64,000 nt of DNA, from contig MCFE01000224.1 in the NCBI GenBank assembly GCA_002104905.1, positions 1 through 64,000 on the forward strand. The letters are read 5' to 3'. Shown here one piece after another: positions 48,100-61,826 of the stretch. Made by a program: the position numbers and the translations under genes. This DNA is from Basidiobolus meristosporus CBS 931.73 (Eukaryota > Fungi > Basidiobolomycota). Positions within the stretch are counted from its first letter, which is position 1. Each line of letters opens with the position of its first letter. The notes under the pieces were generated by a model. The model was not told where the DNA came from and did no database searches. It saw nothing but the letters and a program-made list of their open reading frames with translations.

Positions 48100-50800
48100 T
48101 TAAGTTCACATGAATATTGACCAAAAAGTAATATATTAGCATTACATTGTTGATGGTCAAACTGTTTGCCCCACAGATAAGACTACTTTGACTCAACACT
48201 GTAGGAGAAGAAACAAAAGACCATATGGCTATTGTGGCAAGCCTATCAGCCATAAAGCATGCAGACAGCATAGGAAGTATTTTCACAATCACCGCCAGTG
48301 TTTTGCCACCCAAGGCATATTTAACCATTCAATGGTCACTACTGTACCAACATTATCTTGCTGGCCAGTTGATATTTCTATATTGGCACCTGGCTGTCTT
48401 TGTCACCTTGCACAAACTGAGTCATGGGAGTTTGTGATACCTTTAGACTCACCTCAGCCTTCTGAATATGGCACACAGAGTGATAGCTCTGACAAAGAAG
48501 GTTAACTGATGAATCTTGAGCCTATCTCTCCTAACAACCATACTATATATGAGCCCAGTCAAATCCCTATATGCAATGAGAAAGCACCCATTGAAACCAA
48601 TGCCAAGGATACTTATGGAGACAAGTGGGCCCAGCAATCCATCTATTGGTGAATGAGGTAATGTTGTGGCTAGAAAAGTGGTGCATTTCCACTAATATCA
48701 GTAATGGAGGCTTTGAGGATTTATTTCTACTACTTGCCAAGATCATACTGAGATGCAAATTACCATGTACATAGTACAAGTGGACAACTGTCATGTGGCT
48801 GGCAACATATGATCCAGAGACTGTCCTGATTTCAGTATGTTTTAACAGTTGCATGGCATTCACATCTACAAATGCTACCATTGCAACATGTCCAAACTGT
48901 CAGGAATCCATCATCATCGAGGGGAAACATTGTTCACACTCTGGATACATTCTTGTCATACCTTGTCTGAGGAAGCTGATGCAGTCCAACAAGTATTCCA
49001 GAGCTATACAATACTGTGCTCAGTGTCAATCAAGTGCCAACATTATTCAATGGCAAATATTACAACAGCTAAGTAGCAACGGCTACTTTGAAGGTATGTC
49101 TAAGCATGCCTTTGCTTTGGCACTTGACGGATTCTCATTAAACAAGTACTCTACCAGCAAATCCTGCTGGCCAGTGACTCTCATCAATCTGAATCAGCTG
49201 CCCATCTTATGGTATCAGATCAATAATCTGATGGTAGTTGTACTAGTATCTGGGCCTAAATCACTGTCCAGCCTGGATAGCTACCTGTGTTGATTGCTGG
49301 ATGAATTTTGTATGCTTTCCAGCAGGATAATAGTGAATGGCTGTGATGTAAGAGTGCATATCATTATTTGCATTCAGATACCCCAGCCATCAGCAAGATA
49401 GCAGGTTTTTCTGGGCACAAGGGATAGTATTGCTGACAAATGTCTGAGATCCAGGGAATTTACTCCATAACTCACATGTACTATTATTTTCCAAACACCA
49501 GCACTAAAAACATCATCTTTTCACAGAGAGAGCATACAGAAGTCAGCATGCAATTGCAGTAAAGTTGGTAAGCTTTAAGCCATTGGCCAGAATATGGAAT
49601 CAATTGGAAACTGGAGATACTTAAAATAAAGGGTATCTATTGGAGCAAAAGCCTTCCACTGGGAGCAATGCATTTGCTTTTCAACAAAACCCCTATACTG
49701 ATGACCAAGTTGTACATGGGGCATTTCAAGCTCAATGAGCCCTTTGAGATACTGGAGAAGTTTGAAAGAATTTGCAAGATATTACAGAGTATCTGCTACC
49801 CTAAGTACTTCTCATGGGCTCCAATTATTATTCATACGCATATTCAACAATACAAATGCAAAGACTGGATGAACTGGATATGTATTTATTGCGGTGGCAT
49901 TCTGAAGCCATTCCTACTAAGAGTATGTTGGAAGCATTGGAAGTCATATGTGGACATTGTAGGAATATTTATTCAGAAGTGGATTACCAATACTAACTTG
50001 ACACATTTACTGCTGTTGTGTCAGGAGTTTGTGCTATGATATTTGAGTGGCTATACTACAAGCATTAAGCTGAATGTGTAGATCTCTGCCATTACTGTGT
50101 CCTTTCTCTACTCCATCTGTACAGTGTGTGGAGAATTTTGGGCCTTGCTTCACCTTTTGGGAGTTTCCCATGGAACAGATGTGTGGGAAGATAAGAAGAC
50201 AAGTCAAGCTGCAGGTACTAACATATCCTAATCTCATCAAGAATATTACCTTTAAGTCCATCATGGATGTGATGAGTTGGCACATGGAGGACAGCTAGAA
50301 AGAGTTGGAAAATGCTGGGGACAAATTTGCACATGGAGACTCTTAAGCCTATGGCATTAAGAAGCTAAGCAGCCCCAATGCATGGGTAATCAGTTAACTA
50401 ATGCAAGGTTGGGTTGGATGCAACAAGCAACTAATTTTTATCAGGAAAACTCTACTAAGGTATGCCAGATCTCTCATGGTCACAAGCCAACTTCTACACT
50501 ATTCAATATGGAATTCACCCAAACAAAAGCCACAGTGCACTTATAAGGGGTACTAGAATCCAGCAGGGAGAAGGAATATATTGGCTAAGTACCAAGAAGT
50601 ACTTTGCAGATATTCAAGAGGTATTCATGGCAGAAGTGGCAACAACCAAGTATATGTTGCAAGATGTATATGTCACCAGCAGTACAAGGTATAAGGCAAC
50701 TTTGCAAGTATCACAATAAAAGCTGTAAAGTTGAGGTGATAGAAGTATGTCAATTGTGGCAAGTGTGTGCATTTGTAGATGTTGATAAGTAGGAAACCAT
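48100..50800 (+). pseudogene. CACTA Tnp2 transposase, multiple stops
   Basis: CFNSCMAFT..CPNCQE, FALALDGFS, VSGPKSLSSLDSY, KDWMNWI and WEFPMEQMCG motifs. Confidence 0.88.
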
Positions 50801-52499
50801 AGGTTTTTTTGATTCAAACTATATGTGGAATACCCAAGGTAGTAGTGGATAAGCAAATAAAGAGGGGTGATTCTACAGTGGACTATATGAATTGCACAAG
50901 GGGCGGTAGAAAAAGGAGATACCATTTGGTAAACTGGTAAAGTACAGAACCAGCAGTAGGCAGTCATATTGCCAATATAATGCCATCAAAGTCTTGCTGT
51001 GAGGCCATCAAAATATTGTAAAGTTTTTTACTATATGAGGCACTTAGATGTCCTGGTCAACTGGATCCACTTAAGGTAGTTATAGAGTGCTAAAAGACTG
51101 CAACAATATCATGCAAATATTGTCAAGTATAATCCCTTTATTTTGCTGTCAAATTAGCAAAACACCATCATGATCCCATTATATGATTGTTAGGAAGGTC
51201 ACTAATTCCAAGCTGGTGATACTATGACAGTCTCTATAAGGGATCCTGATAGCTGATCCAGTTTGGATCCACCTGCAGGACCAAATTCTTTCATAGGGTG
51301 CAATATAAGATGCATTATGCACAATGTATGAAAAATTCAACAATCACATCAGTTCTCATTGCTCATGCTGTTACACCTGAACATCAGCAAGTTACCTCTG
51401 GAGAGCTGACTGACAAACACACACTGGAATAACCGCCAGTTACTTCTAGAGAACTGACCAACAAACACATATTAGAGGTACCTTCACTGTAGGAGCCTTT
51501 GATAAGTAAAAGAATGCATCATCACATGGTGCTTCAGGCTGGTTCTGTAACATCCTCTGAGACCACTCTGCATGGCTATGCTACAGTACAATACTCTGCA
51601 ACCAGGAGGCAAAATACTGACTTCAGGTACAGAAGCAGTCAAGAAGATAGTCATCAAGGAAGTGGTTTAGGTGTATAAAGTGAATCACTACAAATGCTTC
51701 AGTAGTAATCCCTGTAAGAAAAAATTGAGGGGATGATGATACTATGGTGCTGAATTGCTATTACTTTCATAATACAAAAAATGCATTTTTTTGCAACTCT
51801 AATCACACCATTGCACATAGATGATCACTATATTTTGATGCAGGAAATCTCATGGCTATCTCACATTGAGACAGAACCCCTATAAGTAAACACCCTTGAT
51901 ACTTATGCATCACCTGTACCACCAATGTAGCATTAGATTTGTCTTGCAGCTATGCAGCTGGCTGCAACACCTTGTCCAATCACCAAAGTCAGGCGCTAAC
52001 TTGCTGAATAGACAAAATAAGATAGTGGATAGCAAATCAAGAGGCTTGTGTGCTGATCAATGAGCCAATTGGGGGCTCACAGCTTCAGGAAACTAGGTCA
52101 ATTACTCACCAACAATCTGTCCAATTGGAATGATGGTAACCAAAATGGTAGGTATTGGAATAGTTCATAGTGTGACATGTATTTATTTCCATTCAAATTG
52201 AAGAAACATGTCCAAATACCAGGTTTTACCAACCTTGATACTGGCATCCAATTGCACGTGTGATTTAAGCATTACAAGCAGGCACAATCATTCATGCCAA
52301 CCTCATTGTGTCATGTTGTATTATAGTGAGCAAGATTATCCCACAAAGTGCCAAATTGTCTAAAAGCAATCCTGCTTAATGGTATGTACATTATCATTCC
52401 CAGTTGTTCTTAACAACTGCTGATTGCCCCGCATTCCTTGGCATGGCAAAATGAAAGAAGCCATGTGTTGTAAGATAATTATACCACCAGTAGGCATGT

Positions 52500-53040
52500 T
52501 TGTTGATGTAAGTGTTACAGTGCTCATATGTAGATTTTATGCTATTTTATTATCCCATTCTTCTTTGCCCATCTTATTAGTATGTTCCTGATAAGAAAGT
52601 CACCCCAGATTGTTTTCTGGGATTAATTACCCATATATTGATCAGCTTTGTGATCAACTGATTTACTTGTATTAGCCTTGTACCCATGCTGGTACCTGCT
52701 ACACTTCTTTCTCTGTAACTATCCCTACCATTTCAAGAGCATGCATAGTGTCGCTACATCTCACAAGTCTCAGGCTACAACTCCCTAAAGGTAAAATATG
52801 CTGTGCCTTTTAGAGCCTTTCAGCTCTCTGCTAGAGTATGCATAGCTGGTTGTTACTTTATTAACAATTTTACTTATGTTGGTCATCTTCTGGAAATCTG
52901 TCTTCAATACTCACCTGGCAGTTAGGAGAAGTACCCAATGGAAGGCAATGCTATAATGAAGGAGACACTGGCAGCTTTTACTCAGGGGTTAATGCACTCA
53001 TTAGCCATCTCATGCCTCTTGAGTTTGGTAACATCTGCTA
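52500..53040 (+). pseudogene. Possible gypsy-type RT relic
   Basis: YPYIDQLCDQL and AVPF.. resemble RT blocks; heavily decayed. Confidence 0.25.
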
Positions 53041-53121
53041 GGAGCTATTCTACACTACCACACAGGTGCTTCATGAAAACAGAGTATGTATTTTATTGAT
53101 TTTACTGCCAAACAGAGTTAT

Positions 53122-53450
53122 AGACTTGCACTGTTGGACAGAACCACATTGAGCCTTGAGTGCTAAATAGTGCCAAAGTGTGCCAGAGTAGTAAAACAGC
53201 CCTATAAGTGGTTGCACAATGTAAACCTTATTCTTCATCCTCTTGCAAAGTAGCCCCTTTGTTTCACTCATTGTGATGAGGAAAGTCATTTTTTGACCTT
53301 TATATGGCAATTGGAGCTGAGGATCATGTTGAAGTGCACAGGAGGACTGAGCATTACAGTATAGGTGGCACTCTGAGTCAAGCTGCAGAGGCTATTAACA
53401 GGTCTCAACACTCTATGGCACTTTCTTGGTCTATTAGTACTAATTGTTGC
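53122..53450. repeat. Foldback MITE left-arm fragment
   Basis: Starts AGACTTGCAC; homologous to ~39395-39600. Confidence 0.6.
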
Positions 53451-53479
53451 AATATTTTTTGGATATATTAGAGTTATGC

Positions 53480-53890
53480 AAACAGCCCCAAACTTTGCAC
53501 ACATGTGCTTGGGACCTTCCTTAACCTATTCTATGTGCTTGTTATGCCAAGACCGTGTAAAAGCATAAATACCACTTTTACATTTAATAAATCATGAGGT
53601 GAAAACCACATAATCTACGTGTCCTCCCAATCACTTCCAGTATCTCCAAGACTCTTACATCAATTCAAACATTAGTCTTTAAGTAAAAACTATGCCATAT
53701 ATATTATTGTTATTATGCAGTTATCACCTAAGTATTTATGCTAACTTAGTCACATAAACTTCACTCTCTGATTAGCATTCTGTTCTGACCAAATTTCTTG
53801 TTGGGATTTACTTGGAATATTTTCACTAAACTATCAGGTACTCAGATCATGATCTTTCTTAGAGTTGTCCAAAAGCCCCCAAACTTTGCA
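53480..53890 (+). repeat. copia family 2 LTR fragments (inverted relative to 643-991)
   Basis: Reverse-complement match to 643-830 and to 800-960. Confidence 0.7.
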
Positions 53891-55465
53891 CACTTATTCT
53901 TAGGACTTTCCTTAGCAAATTTAACATGTTGGCATTCTCTGCTTTATCTTAACATGATGGACTTGAAGGTAATATTCTTGATGAGACTGGGATATGGTAG
54001 TAACTGCAGCTTGACTTGTCTTTCTATCCCCACACATCTGCTCCATAGGAAACTTGCAAAAAGTGAAGCAAGACCCAATATTCTCCACACACTGTGCAAG
54101 ATGGTGTAGAGAATGGATACAGTAGTGGCAGAGATCTATGTGTTCCACTTTATGCTTGTAGTATAGCTGCTCAAATCCTGTCATAAATTCCTCACACAAC
54201 AGCTGTAGATGCGTTAAGCTGGCATTGGTGATCCACTTGTGGATAAATATTCCTACAATGTCCACATATGACTCCCAATGCTTCTTATGTAATCTTGGCA
54301 GGAATGGCTTCAGAATGCCACCTGAATAAACACATATCCAGTTCATCCAGTCTTTGCATTTGTATTGTTGCATATGTGTATGAATATTAATTGGAGCCCC
54401 TGAGAAGTACTTAGGGTGGTGGATACTCTGGAATATCTTGCCAATTCTTTCAAATTTCTCTGGTATCTCAAAGAGCCCATTTAGCTTGAAATGCCCCATG
54501 TACAACTTGGTCATCAGTATAGGGATACCCCTTGAAAAGCAAATGCATTGCTCACAGTGGAAAGATGATGTTCTTAATGCTGGTGTTTGGGTAATAATAA
54601 TGTGTGTGAGTTATGACATAAATTCCCTGTATCTCACACATTTGACAGCAATACTATCCATTGTGCCTGGAAAAACCTGCTATCTTGCTGATGGCTGGGG
54701 TGTCTCCAATGCAGATAGTATTAGACTTGTTCCATTGTACCATGCCAGGGCGCGCGGCGTGATCCGCGGTTGCAAAAAATGATCGGGCGCGATATAATAG
54801 CTACCAGAAGGCAGGATCGTTCTTGGACGATTTTGCACTATGCAGGACAATCTTGCACACTATGGCACAATCTGACACAATGAGGTTGGCGCGGATGATT
54901 GCGCCAACTCGTAATGCTTGCATCACATGCGCAAATGGATACCGCTATAATGGCAGGTAAAATCCGGTATTTGGATATGTTTCTTTAATGTAAATGGAAA
55001 TAAATGTGTATCACACTATAAACTACACTGATACTTACCATTTTGGTTACCCTCACTCCAATTGGACGGTATCTCAGTGGTTAATTGGTCCAAAAGTATC
55101 CTGAAGCTGGCAGCCCCCAATTGGCTCATTGACTACTGAAAAAGCTACCTGATTTGCCATCAAATATCCCATTTTGCCCATTGAGCAAGTAAATCCCTGA
55201 TCCTAGTGATTGGGCAAGGTGTCATAGCTAGCACGCAAGCGATTGTGTAGGTGCGAAACAGATCCAATAGCTGCACTAGTATTACAGATGATGTATATAT
55301 ATGCAGGGTGTTTATTTATAGGGGTTCTGTCTCATATGTGAGACGACCTTGATATTACTTATATCAAAAATTTGATGATCACTGATTTGCGATGGCTCGA
55401 TATGGATCGCAAAAAAAAAGGGTTGTTGGGATCATTACAAATGTGAGCAATTCAAAGCAATCGCA

Positions 55466-56722
55466 TCATCTTCTCCTGGGTTTTTTTCTCACAGGGATTA
55501 CTACTGAAGCATTTGGTAGTGACTCACTTTGCACACCTATACTACTTCCTGGCTGACTATCATCTTGGCTACTTGTGTATTTGTAGTCAGTATTTTGCCT
55601 CCTAGTTGATGAGTGCAATGCTGCAGCTTGGCCGCGCTGAATCGCTCCGACTGAACCAACTGAACCAACTGAACCGGCCTGTAGTGCCACGCGCTGACGC
55701 ATTCTTTTACTTGCCAAGGGCTCCGGTGGTTAAGTCACTTCATGTTGGTCATCATCAGTCAGTTCACCAGAAGTAACTCGCTGATGGTCAGGCAAAACGG
55801 CACGCGCAGGCGCGCCTTGACGCGTTGAGATGGCCCTTGGCTGAGTTTGATGTGATGCCGCATGTTGACGCGACTTGGTCCCCTCCAATGGACTTGTGTC
55901 TAAATGAGCAGTTTGGCAAGTTCTGGTAGTTTTGCTCTGAAGCGCGCGCGTTGACCCGACGCGCGTTGACTCGACGCGGGGCGTTCTGGTAAAGGGTGTT
56001 GGCGTGGTCTGGACTGACGTGCGCCGGCGCGCTGTGGTTGCAAGAGATGGTAGGGAATCCAGCAAGGCGTGCTGGCGTGATCTGGACAATGTTGCTTGCG
56101 GTCTGTATTCTTCCTCCTGAAGCTCACCATCTGATTCCTCAAGGTATTCACTTACCCTCTGTCTGATACTTTGGAGCTGTTGCCTGGATGAGTCCTGTGT
56201 ATATTGCTCTTGGAAGCCACTTAGCTCTACTAATATATCACATAGTACATTAGTCATTTGAGGCAAAAACTCATTCAAAATCTCTTTGGTTCCCAAAGTT
56301 GAGGCACGAACGGACGCGTCCGGCCCGTACTGTGCAAATTGCGCGCAAAATTGTTCCCACGCGGCTTCCTCGTCAAATCCCCTCACTCTCAGCTCATTCT
56401 TGATTTCAGTACTTGTCTTGTTATATATCTTTTTACATACATCGGCTGGCATCTTGATGTAGAACTCATGCCACAGCTTTCTACTCAAATTCTTCCATCT
56501 TTGTCGACTCTCTGAGGTATCTAGTTCTGCTAGATTAATCAGTAGTGCCCAAATATCTGTATGAAGGCTCATCATAGACACTTGGGCCATACTAAAATCA
56601 TTTGGCAAGAACTTGAACGGATCCGACATCGACTTTTCTGGTCCGGACCGTGCTTGTGAGCTGGGGGATGGGTTTTGTCTGGGTTGTACTAAAGATGAGT
56701 TGAGGCTTGGTATGGGGACCAT
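55466..56722 (-). pseudogene. Pangu-like ORF2, 418 codons with one premature TAA (55730-55732), leaving a 330-aa open frame
   Basis: ORFs 55730-56722 and 55466-55717 share a frame; CAA in copy 1 is TAA here. Confidence 0.8.
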
Positions 56723-57081
56723 AGCAACGGATTTGGATACTTATACAGCAGTATATTGGCATCAACCTGGTCTTATATGAAATATATATGAAAACTAAAG
56801 TGATTGTTGAATTTTCCATATATTATGCATGATGTATCTGGGATCGCGTTGACACGGATCAGATCACATCAATCGCAGATTTCCTATTTGATTATAGACC
56901 TATGATTAAAGCATCAATAAAAGTACCAAGGCATTGTTTGCGGATGATTTTTGCAACATAATGATGGGATACATGGCAATTGATGGAGATTTAACCATAA
57001 TGTGTTAAAAATCAGATAAATAACGCAGATCGCGCCAAATCGATTCAAACCGCCTCCATATAATCATCCATCAATTTTAAT

Positions 57082-57965
57082 ATGACTTACTCATCTGAGT
57101 GGTCTTTTCTCATCAATCCCATCACTACCACTGGATTTCCTTTTGACACACTGGAGGAGATCTATTCCAAGTACTGTGGACCATCAACCCCAATCTACTC
57201 AAGGAGATCCCTTGTTAAGCTTCTCTGCTATTACAAGAACTATTGCCCTACAAGGTTTCATCCCACCATCCATGGCAACAAAAGTCCTAGAAGCTTTCAT
57301 TCCCAGCTGACAGCAATGGAGAACCACCTTGCAGAGGGTATGAATGACTTAGAGCAAGCTTGAATACTAGGTTCAGAAGCTCCAATAGACTTCCATATCC
57401 CAGAGTGTTCAGCAACAGGTTCCATATCAGGAGTATTTTGGATACCTTCCCAGTGAGGATTAACAGACCTTCTAGAGGGCAGAGGCACTTTTATTCTGGC
57501 AAGTACAAGGCACACTGTGTGAAGTTTCAAGCACTGTCAGACATTGAGGGTAACATCATCTGGCTTAGTGGGCCATTTGCTGGAAGTAGGCATGACAAAG
57601 CACTCTGGGTAGAGAATCATCCTGAATTCAGTAGAGGGGAGAAATGTATGGCAGACTTGGCCTATATAGGAGAGGATTGTCAGAGATTAGGATGTATTAC
57701 AGCTTATAGGAAGCCAAGGAATGGTGTGCTTAGCAGGAAGCAGAAGCTCTACAATGAGATATTTAATCATTTCAGAGTAAGGGTAGAGCACACATTTGGA
57801 TATCTGAAGAGATTCAGCATATTGGCAGGTAAATACAGAGGAAAGTCATATATAGGAGAAAACAGCAGAATAGGTAAAATAGTTAAGATACTTATCAATG
57901 CACAGTATGTTCATACAAGAAGACTTCCACTGAGAGAAATGTGTCTGGAGCATTATGAAGAGTAA
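57082..57965 (+). pseudogene. DDE_Tnp_4 transposase with a 1-bp deletion at ~57362
   Basis: 884 bp versus 885 bp in copy 1; GCT TGG AAT has become GCT TGA AT. Confidence 0.88.
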
Positions 57966-60629
57966 ATAAAGCAAGGAAAGCACTATTCTGAGCAACATAA
58001 GTAAGATTGAGTAAAATTACCAGTAACTGTATCATACCACTGGCATCATGGTAGAAATTATAGTGCCAGATAGTGCCGTAGAGTGTCAGATCGATCCGGC
58101 ACTATAAACCGGCTGGCACTATGTGGCACTATCCAACGGAACAAGTCTATTATGTACTTTGTAAATGGTAAGTTGCATCCTGGTATGATCTTGGCAAGAA
58201 GTAGCAATGAATCCTCAAAGCCCCCATTACTGATATTAGTTGAAACACACCACTTCTCTGGCCACAACATCACATCATTCACCAGTAGATGGATTACTGG
58301 GCTCACTTGGCTCCATAAAGTATCCTTGGCATTTGTTTCAATGGGTGTTGTCTCACTGCATATAGGGATTTGACCAGGCTCATACATGGTACAGTTGTTA
58401 GGGGAGATAGGCTCAAAATCCATCAGTGAACCATCTTTGTCAGAACTGTCACTCTGTGTGCCATATTCAGAAGGCTGAGGTGTGCCTAAAGGCATCACAA
58501 ACTCACCTGACTAAGTTTGCGCAAGGTGACAAAGATGACCAGGTGCTAATACAGAAGTATCAGCTGGCTAGCAAGATAATGTTGGTACAGTAGTGACCAA
58601 TGAATGGTCAAATATGACTTGGGTGGCAAAACACTGGCTGTGGTTGTTGTTATACTTCCTATGCTGTCTGTGTGATTCATGGCTGAGAGGCTTGCCACAA
58701 TAGCCACATGGTCTTTTTTCTCTTCTCTTATGGCATTGAGTCAAAGTAGTCTCATCCATGGGGCAAACAGTTTGACCTTCAACAATGTAACACTATTATA
58801 TCACTTTTTGGTCAATACTCATGTGAACTTAAGACAGTCTTTTATTAGAGATATTGCACCCACATGAATGTGAGATTCTATGATGACCCACCATAGTAAG
58901 CATTATAATAAAGTTGTGGCACCATAAACACATGTATATGTAACACTATTTCTCCTTTGGTTTGACTCAGTTCCATATATCTGCCACCAAAAAATAAAGC
59001 AAAGTTATTGGGTTCCCAACCAAACCCCACTACTGACAGCAACATAAAAATGGTTGGACAACAGATTGCTTTGACATTCAGTGCAACAAGTAGGGCTACA
59101 TCCAAAAAAGGCCCTGTGGACAGTGTGCCCATTGAAGGTAATAATGTGGACTCCTCAGGCTCTCAGTCAAGTAAGCAATTGAGAACCTCTGCAGAGCCAC
59201 AAGCTGACTGTTATGCTCAGGCAGTTGAGAATGTAGGAAATGCAGTATTCTCTACTGAAGACCAGCAAGTGGGCATGATAATATCACCACCATCTATATT
59301 AGCAAGTATGTTGTCAGCTCATACTAAAGCATTGTTGTAGCAATTAGGTGCAGTGGCTGATAGGATAGATGCAATGACTTGGAGAAGTCAGGAAATAGTC
59401 CAGAAACAGGATGAGCAGATAATATGTGTAGAGCAATCAATATTCCAGGTAGAGAAAGCAGCATCTTTGCTGCAAAGAAGGAACTCAAGTAGCCCAATGT
59501 CACTGCCAAGAATTGAGCCACTTCCCAATGTAACAGTAGAGGAACACTATACAGTCTTTGAAGCACAACAACAGTGCCCAAAGATAAAGCCCGCAGAAAA
59601 ACCTATCACAGTGTGGGAGGGAGACATTGTGGTATTTATACCAAAGCCTAAAAATCAAAAGACACTGAAGATCCATGAAGTCATTGAGTGAAATAATGAA
59701 GAGTGGGCTAATATACAAGAGGCAGTCAGAAGTCTAGCACACCATCACCTTAAGGCCAGCATACCATGAGACCATCAGGAGCTCAAGGCCAAGCAAAATG
59801 CACTTGACTTGTTCCATGAGCATTACCTTGAATTCAAACTGGCAAACCAATTTTAGGCCATCATTGGAATGCTAAGAAAGTATCTTAAGAATAGCAAAAA
59901 CTATCAAAGGCAGAAGAATAAGGGTGCCATGGCTAAAAGCCAGCAGCTTCCTCAAGAGCCTGTTATAAGCTGGGCCAGAAGCTCCAAACAAGCATCAAAG
60001 AGATGTCAGGTAGCTGGATGAGTGCCAATTAGGGACAAGCAGGCAGACACAGATGCACCAGCACAACATTTATCAAGGAAAAGGCATAGTACCACTTAAG
60101 AAGCACCCAGTCAATATAGCAGCAAAGGACCTGGCAGAGATAAAAACCAGCTGCTTTTACAGGAGTCAGTCACAACTACAGTTGAGAGCTCAAAACAAGC
60201 GGAAAAGAAATGTCAGGTTGCCAGAAGAGTGCAAGCCAGGGACAAGCTGGCCAAAACAGATGTTTCAGAGCAGAATTTATCCAGGAGAAGACATAGTTCT
60301 TTACAATAAGCACTCAAACAAAGTAGTAGTCAAAAGCCTGGCAGTGATAAAGAAAAAGGTAAAGGGAAAAATGTCTACCTAAGCCTGAGACAGGGAGGCA
60401 TGCAAAAAAACTGCAGTTCTTGCCAATTAATGCCACAAGCTTGGAACAGACTGAATCCTATCATAGCCAAGAAGAATTACTAGCAAGAAAACAGCTGTTT
60501 TTACAAGAGTTGGAAGTGCAGCCAGCTGAGCTACACTCCAGCAAGGTAGAAGAGTTTACTGAAAAAGGTAGTTTGTCTAGCACAGCCTCCACATCCTCCA
60601 CATCCTCCATTATTAACAGAGTGGAGATC

Positions 60630-61826
60630 TGTTGTGTTGTATAATGATTTGTTTGGGCTTGTTCTGCAATGTAGAGGCTAATCAATAATATACAACAACT
60701 TCCAGTATGATAATACTGAAATTGTTTATTGGGAGCTTGATATGCCAATAGAAGATATTATTTTCACTAATAACCTCAATCTTGGGCTGAAAATATATTA
60801 TAGACAGTGATTCTCACTTCTACTGCAGTGTTCTGACCTTCTGTCAACTATTGAGCATATTTACTTTTATAGCAACTCTTCCTTATTTGAAAGTCACTTT
60901 CCTTTCTGCAAAGATATTTCCTAATATGGAAATTCTCAGCTCCCCTTTAACCTCAAGAGGTGTGTTGTAGAAGTCTCTAAAGGGTTTGTTAGACCTAAAG
61001 GGTGTCTAAAAGGGTGTCTTTGGAGTAAAGAGGCTTCTCATAATGGTCTCTACAGTGGACTTACACTAACGGGGTGCCTAAAAGGGCTTCTTTAGAGTAA
61101 AGGGGTGTCTAAAGAGGTGTCTTCAGAGTAAAGGGGTTACTTAGAGGGGACTCTACCAACAGAATAGTGGTAATTTTCTTGTAGAACTTAGATTGGATTC
61201 TTGTGAGCTTTGCAGTCCCTTTACTGATTTAGTACCAATCAAAGTCAGAATACTCAACAGTGCATGTGATGCAGGGGAAGTCTTATAACCTTTAAACTTG
61301 TAATTGTAGTGTGGGGACTCTGGAAAAATAGGCCCCCCTTTATTTTCAGCTGGGGAAGTCATATATATGAGATTTCTGAAGGATCAAAGTTTTTGGGCAA
61401 TTGTGCAAGCACTACATATGACACAAAGCTAAAATTTTGCAGTGGTGCAGATAGGACATAGGTGCAGCACCTGTGAAATATGACATGATTTGACTGGCTG
61501 GTTTGAAAGTTACACGTAATCAAAGTCATCATAGTAATCCTAGCAATAGAGGCCTAGCATATATTATAATTGAGCTCTTTTGGTCATAACTCCTTAAGTG
61601 CTGCTTCAAATGAGCTGTAACTTGAAACATGTGTTGGCTACCACATGTTCTGTATGACATAAGATTCTTGGATGGATTGCTTGTCAGGGTCTGGAGTATC
61701 TTTCCTTCAAAGTTGGAATATCTTGATCTTTCACTTGTGTGTTACAATAAAAAAAAGCAAAATAAAGAAATGAGTGCAATATTGGTTTTGAGATATTGTA
61801 GTAATGGAATACTTTCCATTGCCACA
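60630..61826. repeat. 1.2-kb G-tract repeat family, copy 3 (probable solo LTR)
   Basis: TG...CA termini; GATC flanks both sides (60626-60629, 61827-61830); host ORF2 is contiguous. The right boundary may be shorter. Confidence 0.7.

Larger units (their letters stand above)
45559..51298. mobile_element. Complete, decayed CMC/CACTA-like element copy B, 5740 bp
   Basis: Termini CCCTATAAAAATT / AATTCTTTCATAGGG; TGC duplicated at 45556-45558 and 51299-51301; host sequence is contiguous across the insertion. Confidence 0.9.
44375..52462. mobile_element. Old Pangu-like copy P4, split by CACTA copy B and internally deleted
   Basis: 44375-45558 aligns to ~5495-6685; sequence resumes at 51302 (CAAT..AAGATGC) and runs to a degenerate TIR, ATGAAAGAAGCC. 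Confidence 0.8.
54723..58148. mobile_element. Young Pangu-like transposon, inverted copy, 3426 bp
   Basis: AGACTTGTTCC...GGAACAAGTCT; ATT duplicated at 54720-54722 and 58149-58151; near-identical to 5381-8789. Confidence 0.92.

Noticed and set aside
60640-60750. HTGS as a decayed retroviral protease DTG motif
   Set aside because: The frame is inconsistent among the three copies, and no RT follows.
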